A stretch of 64,000 bases of DNA. Source: the human T2T-CHM13v2.0 reference genome, Homo sapiens. The DNA lies in NCBI RefSeq assembly GCF_009914755.1, contig NC_060947.1, one strand, 5' to 3'. The notes beneath the pieces are model-generated. The model searched no databases, was not told the origin of the DNA, and worked only from the letters and a program-made list of their open reading frames with translations. The position numbers were made by a program, and so were the translations under genes. Each line of letters begins with the position of its first letter. The first letter of the stretch is position 1. This document shows, piece after piece, positions 27,606-45,917 of the stretch.

Positions 27606-28329
27606 TCCTAAAAATAACACTTAAAAAACTCCTTTTATTATATTTTAGAGTATTCCTATTAATTTAACAAAATAGTTAAAATATAACAATCACTTCCTTA
27701 AAAGATAATCTACAAAACTTCATATAGAAATAATGCATGCGGTAAATAATTTTATCAACTGCATATAACGCTGAACATCCCAACGAAATAATTTTTCTCA
27801 CCACTTGTTATTTGCAGTTCTTTATGCCATCATTGAACAATGTTGCAATTGATTATTGTCCAATAACAAGAGTATAATTTTGTCCCATTTAACATATATA
27901 ATTTTATCTATTGTGAGCACCTAAGCCAGTAAAATAAATTATTAGTCTGGTTATAAAATGGTCAGCTGCATAAAATCTAAGGTATTGATCAATATTAGCT
28001 TGTTGCCATATAATTCTATGTTATGTGAAACCTTGGAATAAGCTTCCTTTGTTAAACAATGATTAAATGTTGAATAACTTGATTTTATAAGTTATCCTTA
28101 TTTCACAACAATGGATACCATATCAAACTCAATGATTATTTAGGGGAGAAGAGGACTAAGGAAAAGTCAGGCACTGAAAATAATAAAATTTATTCACCCA
28201 TAAAATTTTCTCACATGGCATTTTAAATATGTTAATATATTTTTAAAAAGCCAGATAACTAAACTTATAAAAATTATCACATCTGTGAAGTTGTAGTTGG
28301 ATTAAGGAAAAGTAGAAAATCCTGGCCTT

Positions 28330-29010
28330 ATTATTCTATTTTAACACTCACTCCCTACCCAGCCTAAATCAGCCAAAGGATATTTTTAAAACACAGATAC
28401 ACATAAAATATCAGATTATGTCTCTGTCTCAAATCTCTTCAGTGGCTTCTCAATACCTTTAGAACAAAAGTCCTTACTATAGCCTGTAAGATCACAAATA
28501 ATATGTCCCCTTACTTTCCTTTTTTTTTTTTTTTTTACTTTGCTCTAATCCCACTGATAGTCTTATTTCTCTTCTAACTTATGAAACTTATTTCCCCTTG
28601 GGACATTTCATTAACTCTTCCTTCCTACCAAGAATATCCTTCCGCAGATATTGCAAGACTCACTTCTTTCTTTGTAGTCTCTGCAAAAATGTCACCTCCT
28701 CAGAAGGCCCATTTTTTACTTGTGTCTTTAACACTTCCATGACCTTGATCCATTTCTCTTTTTTTTGCTTCACTTTTCCTTTCAGCACTTATCACCACCT
28801 GGTATCAAATTATTAATCAGTCAGCCCAGTGATTTTCTCTCTCGGCAGAATACAAACTCCATGATGGGTGTTCCATCGTATGCCTCATTCACCGCTCCAT
28901 CTCTGGCATGTTAAATAAAAATAACAAAACCAAACAAAAACCAACCAACCAAACAAAAGACATTTGGCACAGAGTCAGCACAAAATGAATATTTGTTAAA
29001 TAAATGAATG
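28330..29010 (+). mobile_element. L2 3' portion
   Basis: tcagattatgtc...cttcagtggcttctca...aatgtcacctcctcagaaggcc...atatttgttaaataaatgaatg. Confidence 0.7.
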
Positions 29011-29284
29011 GAAAAATAGTTAATATATAGGATTACTGTTATTATTTGGCTTCCAATAGGTGACTTTAGAAAGCTGTCTATACTCACAGGTTTTTCTCAC
29101 AATATACGGGAATACATGTTTCCACTGGAAATAACAGAAGTTACTGTAAAAAATCGAGGAATTTTCTTCCAGAAAACTATCTAGACAGGACCTAATATAC
29201 TAAGTTTATTAGGTCTCTACCTACAACAATATTTCACCACCATAATTATTACAAGGGAATAACTAATATATGATATTGTGAATC

Positions 29285-30512
29285 ACCTATCTATTAATTT
29301 GCACACATTTATTAAGCACTTATTTTATGCTAGACACTTTTCTGGGTGTTGGGAATACCACTGTCCTCGTAGAGTTTGTGGTTTTGTGGGATAGATAGAT
29401 ATTAGACAAATAAAAGTCTGATAAGAACTAGGGGCATCAATACAGAATTTTTAGAAGCATACAGTTATAGGGCTAATTTTATCATAGAAAATTCTTCTTA
29501 AACGTACAACTAAAGGATAAATAATAATTGCATGGGTCAAGAGATAAAAGCAGAGAGTACTATAGGAAGAGGAAATAAAGCAGGAAAACATTCAAAAACT
29601 GAACAAAGTCCTCCATGCCTGGAGCATGGTGAATGTGGGGGAGAGTGAAGCGTGATGAATAAGATTAGGGTCTCAATCTAGGTAGTTGTAGATTATGTGG
29701 GGCTTCTCTTCTTTGTTAGCAATGGTAAAGATCCTGGAGTTTATTGTAAGTACATTGGAAAGCCACTTAAAGTTGTTAAGTCAATGAGTTACATGACTAA
29801 ATTTGGTAACAAACATAAGCGTGAATGTACTGGTAAGAATGAATTAAAATGAGGCGGGCAGTAATTCTAGATGCACATAGGCTTGTTAAAAGACAGTTTC
29901 AGAATATCAGGAAATATAATTTGACTAGATTGCTAGCAAAGAAGATAGAAAGAAATGATGAGATTCCAGAGATGTTAAGAAGGGAGACTTGATAGAACAA
30001 GGTGATTGCTTCGAAATTGAGGAGGGTTCAGGGATATGAAGGAGTAAGCATGTACTTTCATGTTTTCAACTTGAGCAATTAAGAGAATGGTGGTGTATTT
30101 TCTGGAAAAGCCAGGTTGGAAAGGGAATGATGGCTTCAATTTTGTTTCTGTTGAGTTTGCGATACTTGGGAGACCTTTAAGCAAAGATGTACAGGAGAAC
30201 ACAGATATTAGGGTCTGGATTTCAGAAGACATAAACATTTAAGATGTGGCAGTGTTTGATGGTAAATGAAGCCATATATCTGGACAAAATAAAGACAGAG
30301 TAAGCCAGGAGAAGAGACAAGAGCCTAGGATGGCACCCTGAGGAACTCTAACAATTAATGCTTGGGTAGAGAAGAATGAGATTGTCAGGATTTTGAGAAG
30401 GAATGTTCAGAGAACAAGAAAAAAAGTAAATAGATATGGTGCTATGGAAGTTAAGGGGATAGAAATTTAAAGAAAGAGGAAATTGTCAACTTTGTCAAAT
30501 ATGGTTGGGAGA
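29285..30512 (-). mobile_element. L2, cut abruptly at 30512
   Basis: catttattaagcacttatt...gctagacact..., ttgagtttg, accctgaggaactctaaca, gtcaactttgtcaaat. Confidence 0.75.
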
Positions 30513-31790
30513 TACTTCTTTATCTGCATGTTGTTTTAGTTACTGGAAGAGATACATTAAGATATCCAATATGATTGTTGATTTGTCCAGATCTCTATTT
30601 AGCTGTTAATTTTGCTTTATCCATTTTGAAGGTACATTATTAAAATTGTATTTTTCTATATATCCTATTGATTCGACCCATTTTTTCAAGGTGAAATGCT
30701 TTGCATCTCTTATTATATTTCTTGCCTGATACTAATATAAACAAATTAATATTTTGGGGGTTAGAGGTTACATGCATCTGGAGACCTATCTGTGTCATTA
30801 TAAAGTAGTTTTATTCTAAACAACCCAGGGCTGTTTTTTTTTTTCTCAGTATTACAATTTTTGTATTTTAACCAAAGTGTTTAATATATAATCTATCATC
30901 TTGTTATTTTCTCTTCATCCTATTTTTTTCTTTATTTTTCTACTCTACCATTTTTGCTACTCTTAATTATTTTACTTCTACATATAGTGGATACCCTACA
31001 TTCATTGCTATTATTGTTTCTTTAAACAGTCAGTTGTTTTTTATATTTACCAATATTTTTACTATTCATAAGAAGCTCATTTATTTTTGCATGTCTGTTT
31101 TTCATCCACTACCATTTTCCTTCAATCTGCAAAATGTGTTTTAGAAAATACATTGGTGTACAACTACTGGTGTGATGGTTAATATTGAGTGTCAACTTGA
31201 AAGGATTAAAGGATGCATAGTATTGTTCCCGGGTATGTCTGTGAGGGTGTTGCCAAAGGAAAGGAGACTAACATTTGAGTCAGTGGACTGGGAGAGGCAG
31301 ACCCATCCTCAATCTGGGTGGGTACCATCTAATCAGCTGCCAGCGTGGCTAGAATAAAAACAGGCAGAGGAACATGGAAGGCCTAGACTGGCTAAATCTC
31401 CTGGCCTGCATCTTTCCCCTGTGCCAGGTGCTTCCTGTCCTTGAACAGCAGACTCCAAGTTCTTCAGCTTTTGGACCCTTGGACTTACACCAATGATTTG
31501 CCAGTGGTTCTTGTACCTTCAGCCAGACTGAAGGCTGCACTACTGGCTTTCCTATTTTTGAGGTTTTGGACTTGGACTAGCTTCCTTCTCCTCAGCTTGC
31601 AGACGGCCTATTGTGGGACTTCACCTTGTGATTGTGTGAGTCATTTCTCCTAATAAACTCCCCTTCATATATTCATTTATCCTATTAGTTCTGTCCCTTT
31701 AGAGAAACCTGACTAATACAACTAGTGATAAGTTATCTCAGCATTTGGATAACTGAGACTATCTTTATTTTACCTTCATTTAAAAAATAC
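30513..31790 (-). mobile_element. Old L1M antisense fragment (start of ORF2 region), interrupted by MLT2A
   Basis: agttactggaagag...tccaatatgattgttgatttgtc...ttttgaag. Confidence 0.65.
31171..31720 (+). mobile_element. MLT2A solo LTR (ERVL; length suggests MLT2A2)
   Basis: Starts tgtgatggttaatattgagtgtcaacttg, ends gactaataca; aataaa signal; 5-bp TSD actgg/actag. Confidence 0.9.
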
Positions 31791-32110
31791 TGTCTATTTT
31801 GCATGATTGCAGATTTGTATGCAGTTGTAAGAAATAATACAAAAAGATCTTTTTTACCTTTCAACCAGTTTCTCCCAATGATAACATCTTGCATAGTTAC
31901 AGTACAATATCACAAACAGGAAATTGACAGTGAGACAATCTTATTCAGATTGCTCCAGTTTCACATAGTCATTTCTGTGAGTGTGTGGGTATTATTTTCA
32001 AAGAAATTTTATCACATATATATGTTGGGTGACTACCACCAAGTTCCATCACAAGAATCCCTTGTGCTACCCTTTCACTGTCACAAACACTTCCCCCTTA
32101 ATTTCTGGCA
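31790..32110 (-). mobile_element. L1MC-type 3' end
   Basis: atgcagttgtaagaaataataca...ccagtttctcccaatgataacatcttgca...agtacaatatcacaa. Confidence 0.75.
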
Positions 32111-32616
32111 TCTAAAGAAGCTAGAAAAAGGAGAGAAACATAAATCCAAAGCAAGAAAAAAGGAAGGAAACAATAAAGACAAGGGCAGAAATAAAAAATG
32201 TTGAAAATCCAAAAACCATAGAGAAATATAATTGAAACAAAAGATGGTTCTTTGAAAAAAATCAATACAATTGATAAACTCTTAGCAATAGTGACAAAGA
32301 TCAAAAAGAGACAAGACGCAAATCATCAATAACAATAATGAAACAAAAGATATCACTGCAAATCTTAAAGCTCTTAAGAGGATAATAAGATAACACTATG
32401 AGCAATGTTACACTAACAAATTCCACAAATTAAAAGAATTGGAACAAGTCCTTAAAAATCAGAAGCTACCACAACTCAGCAAAGATGAAAGAGAGAACAT
32501 GAATAGTCTTGTGGATATTAAAGGAATTGAATGCATTAATTTAAAATCTGCAGAATAAGGAATTTCTAGGCCCAGATGATTTCTCTGGAGAATTCTACCA
32601 AACACTTGAAGAATTA
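32110..32616 (+). mobile_element. Old L1 ORF2 fragment (sense), possibly the inverted 5' part of the adjacent L1MC
   Basis: aagaagctagaaaaag...ggttctttgaaaaaatcaatacaattgataaac...aggcccagatg...gaattctaccaaaca. Confidence 0.7.
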
Positions 32617-37447
<4,831 letters not shown>

Positions 37448-37700
37448 ATGTGGCTGGTGTATAGGAATTCTATTCATTTTTGTATGTTGACTTTCTATTC
37501 TGAAACTTTGCTGAAGTTGTTTATCAGCTTAGGAATCTTTTGGGCCAAGACTATGGGCTTCTCTAGATATAGAATCATGCCATCTTGGTATATGTTTCAT
37601 GGGCACTTAAAAAGATTGTATATTTTGCAGTTGTTGAGTATTCTAAAAATATCAAATAGAACTTGTTGGTTAATGGTATTGCTAAGTTTTTCTATATCCT
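37448..37700 (-). mobile_element. Displaced composite piece: antisense L1PA ORF2 (37448-37585) plus antisense L1M (37586-37700)
   Basis: ggtgtataggaat...gaaactttgctgaagttgtttatcagc...tagatatagaatcatg, then cttggtatatgtttcatgggcacttaaaaag...tctatatcct. Confidence 0.8.
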
Positions 37701-39086
37701 CGATTCAATGATATGCCTATGAAACTTAACATTGGCATTCTTCACAGAACTAGAAAAAACTAATTTAGAATTCATATGGAAGCAAAAAAGAGAACAAAGA
37801 GCCAAGGCAATCCTAAACTAAAAGAACAAAGGTAGAAGCATCACACTAACTGATTTCAAAGTATACTACAGGGCTATATTAACCAAAACCGCATGGTACT
37901 GGTACAAGAACAGATACATGGACCAATGGAACCGCATAGAGAACCCAGAAATAAGACCACACACCAACAACAATCTGACAATCTAGGCAATACCACTCAG
38001 GACATAGGCATGGGCAAAGATTTCATAATGAAGATGCCAAAAGCAATTGCAACAAAAGCAAAAATTGGCAAATGGAATCAATTAAACTAAAAAGTTTTTG
38101 CACAGCAAAATAAACTATCAACAGAGCAAACAGAAAACTTACAGAACGGAAGAAAAAATTTGAAAACTATGCAACTGACATAGGTCTAATATAAAGCATC
38201 TATAAGTAATGTAAACAAATTTGCAAGAAAAAAACAAACATCTCTATAAAAAGTGGGCAGAGAACATAAACAGACACTTTTCAAAAGAAGACATACACGT
38301 GACCAACAAGCATGTGAAAGAAAGCTCAATATCACTGATCATTAAGGGAATGCAAATCAAAACCACAGTGAGATTCCATCTCACACCAGTCAGAATGACT
38401 ATTATTAGAAAGTCAAAAAATATCTGGTGCTGGTGAGGTTTACACTGTTGTAAAGGTGTTTGCTCTGTGGGTTGGAATGTAAATTAGTTCAACTAATGTG
38501 GAAGACAGTGTGGCAATTTCTCGAAGACCTACAGTCAGAAATACCATTTGACCCAGTAATCCCATTACTGGGCATACACTGAAAAGAACATAAATGATTC
38601 TATTATAAAGACACATGTACTCACATGTTTATTGCAGCACTGTTCACAATAGCAAAGACATGGAATCAACCTAAATGCTCAGCAAAGATAGACTGGATAA
38701 AGAAAATCTGGTATTTATACACCATGGAATACTATGCAGCCATAAAACAGAATGGGATCATGTCCTTTGCAGGGACATGGATAGAGCTCTAGGTCTTTAT
38801 TCTCAGCAAACTAACACAGAAACAGAAAATCAAATACTGCATGTTCTCACTTATAAGTGGGAGCTAAGTGATGAGAACACATGGGCACGTAGAGGAGAAC
38901 AACAGGCACTGGGGCATATCAGAAGTTGGAGGTTAGGAGGAGGGAGAGGACCAGCAAAAATAACTAATGGGTACTAGGCTTATTACCTGGGTGATGAAAT
39001 AATCTGTACAACACACCCCCATGACACACGTTTACCTATGTAACAAACCTGCACATCCTGCACATGTATTCCCGAACTTAAAAGTT
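37701..39086 (+). mobile_element. L1PA13-15-class 3' portion
   Basis: gattcaatg...cacagaactagaaaaa to 3'UTR aataactaatgggtactaggct...gtgatgaaataatctgtacaac; internal deletion near 37980. Confidence 0.9.
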
Positions 39087-39417
39087 AATAATAACAATAA
39101 TCTCCATTTATTAGTGGATATAATTGGTTAAAGTAATTATTACATTAGAGGGCACAATGACCAAAACTAAGTGGAACAATAATGTCAAGTAAGTTTGTAG
39201 TTAAAGAATGTAAGAGCTCCCCGCCTGAAATTGTCATAGAAGACCAAACAACACTGGACCAATTTTAGGACCCCGAAAGACTAATGCTAGTAGCCTCAAC
39301 GTGCTTAGTAGTAGATCCAGGAAGGGGAAACACCATATGACGGCCTCTAAAGGAAAAAATAATAAGCAGAAGAGAGGGTGAATACAAGCAAAACAAAAGT
39401 TTTGCCTCTGGTATTCT

Positions 39418-39720
<303 letters not shown>

Positions 39721-40387
39721 GCCTCTGGTATTCTGACATACCATCTTATGGAGCATAGCAGTTGACAATAAACAGACAACGTGAGATAAGAAGCATGTTA
39801 CTTTTTGTGCTCCAGTCAATTAAAGTAGAATGTGATATAACAAATGGCAAAGCTCATCTATAAGAAACTGAGAGTCATTAGTGGGATGGGGAGTGTGGGA
39901 ATTCCAGATGCAAAGAGCATTCCCTTCTTCCCCAATTCATAAATAAGATAAAAATAAAAGGTGAAAGTAATAGAGAAAAGTTAGGTCTAAACCAAACTTT
40001 AGAAAAATCACAAGGGCTGTCATAAAGTTCAGTAATATTTGACAATATTCTACAGAAACCTAGAGTAATGGTTATTTTACAAATTTTACTTAAAATTAGA
40101 GGGTAAGCGATTAAGCAAATTTATTTCAGAGGAATGAATAAAATTGGCAGAGAAATAGACTGATAAAATGATTGCTTTATAGAAGCAACAAAAGATTAGG
40201 AACTAAGATCTTTGGTCCCTTGGTTTGTCACTTTTATTAACTAGTTGTGGAATTTAAGCATAGTACCTCATGTATTAAATACATCTTGGGACTCAAAGGA
40301 ATGCTTGTTTTCCATGACTCATTTTTTGGGGAGAATTTTACAAAACTAGGATGAGAATGAACTTTGAGATGGATAAAATAGCCTTTT

Positions 40388-40693
<306 letters not shown>

Positions 40694-41214
40694 TAAAATA
40701 GCCTTTTAAAGTTAGTAGTACTTTATAGTAATATTAAAGATAGGATACGCAGGTAGAAATTTAAAACATATCACATGTAAAGTTGACTTTAAAGTGAGGA
40801 AGGAGTCCTTGTGCTTTGTCGTCATTGGTTATAAATGGACTGTTTCATGTGTTTCTTTACTTTCTTTGTGGCTACAGTATACTATTATAAAAGGCACAAT
40901 TTTATTTCTTTGTCACTTCAAAACTAATCCTCTTAAGTGCCAAAGTATAAAGTATTAGCTATCTATTTTATTAATTCATAAATATCAACTGTTACAGGAG
41001 AATTAAAGAACGGGTATTCTGTTACTTAATTTGGACAAACCAGGAAGAAAGAATGTATTCAGAAGAAAGATGATCAGAGCCTTGATTAAAATGGTGATAA
41101 TATAGAGAAAGTTAAATAACATTAGTTTATACAACTAAAACTGATGTAGTACCAAATATATGACAGGGACAATTACAAGTAAGACCCAAACCATGAGGAT
41201 TCAAGTAGAAGAGA

Positions 41215-41770
41215 TTTCAGACTGTATTTCCATGACAAAGAAGAAAGTCCTTAAAAAATTAAGGAGGTATAAAAATATTTTCACATAAACAATGAGATCA
41301 CATGGACACAGGAAGGGGAATATCACACTCTGGGGACTGTGGTGGGGTGGGGGGAGGGGGGAGGGATAGCATTGGGAGATATACCTAATGCTAGATGACG
41401 AGTTAGTGGCTGCAGCGCACCAGCATGGCACATGTATACATATGTAACTAACCTGCACAATGTGCACATGTACCCTAAAACTTAAAGTATAATAAAAAAA
41501 AATATTTTCAGATAAAAAAAAAGAATTTGTTTTGAGGAATCCTAACCTTAAATAATTACTGAAGGAAGTTGTCTGAACAGAAAAAAAAAAAAAAATAACA
41601 GAAAAACTCTCGAACTTCAGAAAGGAAGGAACACCAGAACGGGGAACAATAAAATCAGTATAATAGACCAGGATTCTTATTCATTTCTTAAGTCATATTT
41701 TATGGTTGAAACAAAAGTTATAAAACTACCTGAGGTGGTGCATAATATGTGTAGGAAAAATACCTGACAA
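41215..41770 (+). mobile_element. Old L1M fragment (ORF1/inter-ORF region) hosting an L1PA2
   Basis: aaaatattttcagataaa...aagaatttgtt...aaggaagtt...tatggttgaaacaaaagttata. Confidence 0.55.
41288..41497 (+). mobile_element. L1PA2, severely 5'-truncated (about 210 bp)
   Basis: gagatcacatgg, aatatcac, gatgacGAGttag (not the L1HS ACA), cacaatgtgcac; 17-bp TSD aaaaatattttca(c/g)ata. Confidence 0.9.
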
Positions 41771-42350
41771 TTATAAGAGCCATATATGACAAACCCCCAG
41801 CTAACATCCTACTGAATGGGCAAAAATGAGAAGCATACCCCTTGAAAACCAGCACAAATCAAGGATAGCCTCTCACCACTCCTATTCAACATAGTATTGG
41901 AAGTTCTGGCCAGGGCCATCAGGCAAGAGAAAGAAATAAAGAGCATCCAAATAGGAAGAGAGGAAGTCAAACTATCCCTGTTTGCAGATGACATGATCCT
42001 ATATCTAGAAAGCCCCCAGTCTCAGCCCAAAAGCTTCTTAAGCTGATAAACAACTTCAGCAAAGTCTCAGGATACAAAATAAATGTACAAAAGTCACCAA
42101 CATGACTAGACATCAAAAATAGTCAAGCCAAGAGCCACATTAGGAAAGAACTCCCCTTCAAAATTGCCACAGAAAGAATAAAACACCTACGAATACAGCT
42201 AACAAGGGAAGTGAAGGATCTCTACGAAGAGAACTACAAACCACCGCTCAGAGAAATCAGAGATGACACAAACAGGAAAAAACTTTCCATGCTCATGAAT
42301 GGGAAGAATCAATATGCTTAAAATGGCCATACTGCCCAAAGCAATTTAGA
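41762..42350 (+). mobile_element. L1PA ORF2 RT-domain fragment (displaced)
   Basis: agagccatatatgacaaaccc...ctgtttgcagatgacatg (LFADDM)...ends gcccaaagcaatttaga. Confidence 0.85.
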
Positions 42351-42700
42351 GCCTCCTGCTCTCTACTTTTTGCTTAGGATTGTCTTGGCTATTTGGGGGT
42401 TCTTTTCTGGTTCCATATGAATTTTAAAATAGTTTTTTCTAGTTCTGTAAAGAATGTCATTGGTAGTTTTATAGGAATACCACTGAGTGTGTAAATTGCT
42501 TTGGGCAGTATGGCCATTTTAACGATATTGATTCTTCCTATCCATGAACATGGAATGTTGTTCTGTTTGTTTCATCTCTGATTTCCTTCAGAAGTGTTTT
42601 GTAATTATCGTCGTAGAGACATTTCACATCTCTGGTTGGTTGTATTCCTAGATATTTTATTATTTTTGTGGCAATTGTGAAAAGAACTGCATTCCTGATT
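42351..42700 (-). mobile_element. Antisense L1PA ORF2 fragment (displaced)
   Basis: gcctcc...ttgcttaggattgtcttggctatt...gcaattgtgaa...gcattcctgattt. Confidence 0.85.
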
Positions 42701-43576
42701 TTTTTTAATTTAATTTTTAACTTCAGGGGTACATGTGCAGGTTTGTTACATAGGTAAACGTGTGTCATGGGGGTGTGTTGTACAGATTATTTCATCACCC
42801 AGGTAATAAGCCTAGTATCCATTAGTTATTTTTCCTGATCCTGTCCCTCTTCCTTACCTCCAACTTCTGATATGCCCCAGTGCCTGTTGTTCTCCTCTAT
42901 GTGCCCATGTGTTCTCATCACTTAGCTCCCACTTATAAGTGAGAACATGCAGTATTTGATTTTCTGTTTCTGTGTTAGTTTGCTGAGAATAAAGACCTAG
43001 AGCTCTATCCATGTCCCTGCAAAGGACATGATCCCATTCTGTTTTATGGCTGCATAGTATTCCATGGTGTATAACTACCAGATTTTCTTTATCCAGTCTA
43101 TCATTGCCGGGCATTTAGGTTGATTCCATGTCTTTGCTATTGTGAACAGTGCTGCAATGAACATATGAGTACATGTGTCTTTATAATAGAATGATTTATA
43201 TTCTTTTGAGTACATACCCAGTAATGGGATTACTGGGTCAAATGGTATTTCTGACTGTAGGTCTTTGAGGAATTGCCACACTGTCTTCCACAATAGTTGA
43301 ACTAATTTACACTCCCACCAACAGTGTAAACGCCTTTCTTTTTCTCTACAACCTTGCCAGCATCAGATAGTTTTTGACTTTCTAAGAATAGCCATTCCGA
43401 CTGGTGTGAGATGGTATCTCATCGTGGTTTTGATTTACATTCTTCTGATATTAGTGATGCTGAGCATTTTCTCATATGCTTGTTGGTCACATGTATAGCT
43501 TGTTTTGAGAATTTTGTGTTCATGTCGTTTGCCCATTTTTTTAATGTTGTTTTTTTTATTGTAAATTTGTTTAAGA
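42701..43576 (-). mobile_element. L1PA13-class 3' end (antisense)
   Basis: T-rich tail, caggggtacatgtgcaggtttg...ttcatcacccagg; ends gtaaatttgtttaag. Confidence 0.9.
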
Positions 43577-44090
43577 TCTAAAGGGAGATTCTTGAGCCAC
43601 ATATAATATTATTCCTAGATAACGATAGGCAGTGTTTTTTAAACATTCATCTTGAGATTAGGTGAAAACACTTATTGTTTCAAACTTAAGAAATGACCTT
43701 AGTGTTGGAAATTCAAATTTCAGAAAATAGAAATAATGGTGACCTCAAAGAAAGGAGCAAATTTACCTCTAGCCATAAACATTCTGCACTTAACAGTTAC
43801 CTCACCTAGAAGTTCATAAATATAATTCATAAATGATAAAAATTGCTTTTGTCTTCAAATTATTGATAAAAATTATAGTCATTATAAACACAGCATATAA
43901 TTTCGACTGAGAGGGAATTTGTTTTTGTGTATGTTTTTAGCAATTTACGGTAACTCTAATCTCTATCATTTCTGTTTTAGGTGCTAAATGATCAGATAAT
44001 CAAAATCATTTTTTTTTGCAACCCACAGCCATTAGTTTGTATAAGAGGGTTAACGATTGCATACTGGATCATTTACCTGCAGACAGTGTA

Positions 44091-44145
44091 CAATTAGATT
44101 CATTGCTGCAATTAGATTCATTGCAGCAATTAGATTCATTGCTGC
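44091..44145. repeat. 18-bp x3 tandem repeat
   Basis: caattagattcattgc(t/a)g three times. Confidence 0.95.
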
Positions 44146-45299
44146 CTCTCTTTGTTCCTTTCCTGCTTCCTGTATTCTAAAGTGCTAATAATTCGTGAAA
44201 GATAAGAGAGTACAATATCACAGGGAAATAAGTTAATGTATAACATTTGCATTTTGTTCCAAATGTCCAAAGTGATAACCTATACATGGTCTCTGAAATT
44301 TAGCAGCTTCTTACAAATGAGACAGTTTTAAATCTCTCTTCACACATAAATAAATTTTCTTCCCTTTTTTGTTTTTAAATAATCACAAAGATAACACATT
44401 AAGAGAATAATCTAAAACAGGATGACCAAACCTAAAACCAAATGTATGAAAAAAGGTTTACATGAACCATCTCATTTAGTTAAAATCAAAACTAATTCAG
44501 ATAATCACCTTTAATTTTGCCTTCTAAACATGCTAAGCATTTGAATTCATAAGATTTCTCACCAGTGTAATATTGTGGAAATTATTCCCTATTAAAAGTG
44601 CTGCTTCTGCGAAGCAGCCAATTTGTTTTACATATCTGATGTGTATGACAGATCAGAGATTTGTTTTTCATTTTTTAAAGTCACAGTTGAGATACTCAAC
44701 TGCAATGATTTTGAGGTAGAAAACATAAAATAAGCATTTCCTATTGTATTTTTGCAAAGACATAGGCACAGGGACAGCTCAAGAACTTTCCCACAGTCCA
44801 GCTACCCACAAGTGGAGATGGACCCACCTGGTCATTGAGTAACATATTCCTTTGTCTATGCCAAGAATCTGCTCTTGAAACATAGCAACACAGGGTGTTA
44901 CCAAAAATGAGGGACCAACATCTTAGATCGTTCTACCACAAAAAGATAGAATCAGAGGATATTAGAAAAAGAAGAGACTGACCTTTCAGATCATTTTTTT
45001 CAACTCCCTCTATTTATGGATAAAAACATACTACCTATAGAAAAAAAAAAAAAAGGAGAGCCCACAATAGAAAAGAGTTAGTAATAGTGTGGAGACAAAA
45101 CCTCTGATTGTCATTCCAGTGCACTTGACCCTTTGGTAACTCCTGAAGGTCACAATCCCTTAAAGAGTGCTGGCTCCAGGTTTCTACACTGTCTTACTGC
45201 ATATGTTTTGAAATAGTTTCTGTGTAAATAAACTTTCCTCACCTTGTGCAATTTTGAGTGTGCTGTCTGTTTTCTATTATGATATGATGGATACACTAA

Positions 45300-45470
45300 C
45301 TCCTAGTCATCTTACAAACATTCTGAGCTTCAGTTTTTCATCTGTAAAAGAGAGGTATAATGTAGATCTCACACAGTCGAAATGAAAATCAAATGAGATA
45401 ATGTATATAAATCACTTATCAAAGTACCTGACACACAGTAAACTCCCAATTAATGCTAATTATCACTAGT
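45300..45470 (+). mobile_element. MIR
   Basis: ctgagcttcagtttttcatctgtaaaa...aaatgagataatgtatataaatcactta...cctgacacacagtaa. Confidence 0.75.
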
Positions 45471-45917
45471 GGGTATACTATGTCTTACTCTTCTCTATAA
45501 ATAGAGATGTGTAGAAAATTTTAATATTTCACATGTTTAAGGGAAAAATGTTGTAGGAATATCAGTAGCTACTTGAGAAAATTATTCTATTATGTATTTA
45601 CCAATTCTAATTAATTAAAGATACACGGTCTAATTTTAATTTATCTTCTTATTCCACACTGAAACCTCCCCAAATGGAAACTGTGAATATTTTAATATCT
45701 CATAATTTTACCATTTTCTATCTGGTATTATAAGACAATGACTTAGGATAAGAATCCATCTATCACATTAAAAATACTTTGGGAAAGAATAAAGTTTCTT
45801 AGGTAACAAAAGGGGCATCATAAAAGTTTTCAAAAATTGTTTATCTTCCAGATAATAAATATCAACATGACCATTTATCACTGTATCACCGATATATACA
45901 GGGGGAATCAAAATATA

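Noticed and set aside
41288-41497. Possible active-class L1HS insertion
   Set aside because: Carries GAG rather than the ACA/ACG diagnostic, and the TSD copies already differ by one base; L1PA2.
44091-44145. Short direct repeats as a CRISPR-like array
   Set aside because: No spacers, three contiguous units, eukaryotic context, no cas genes.
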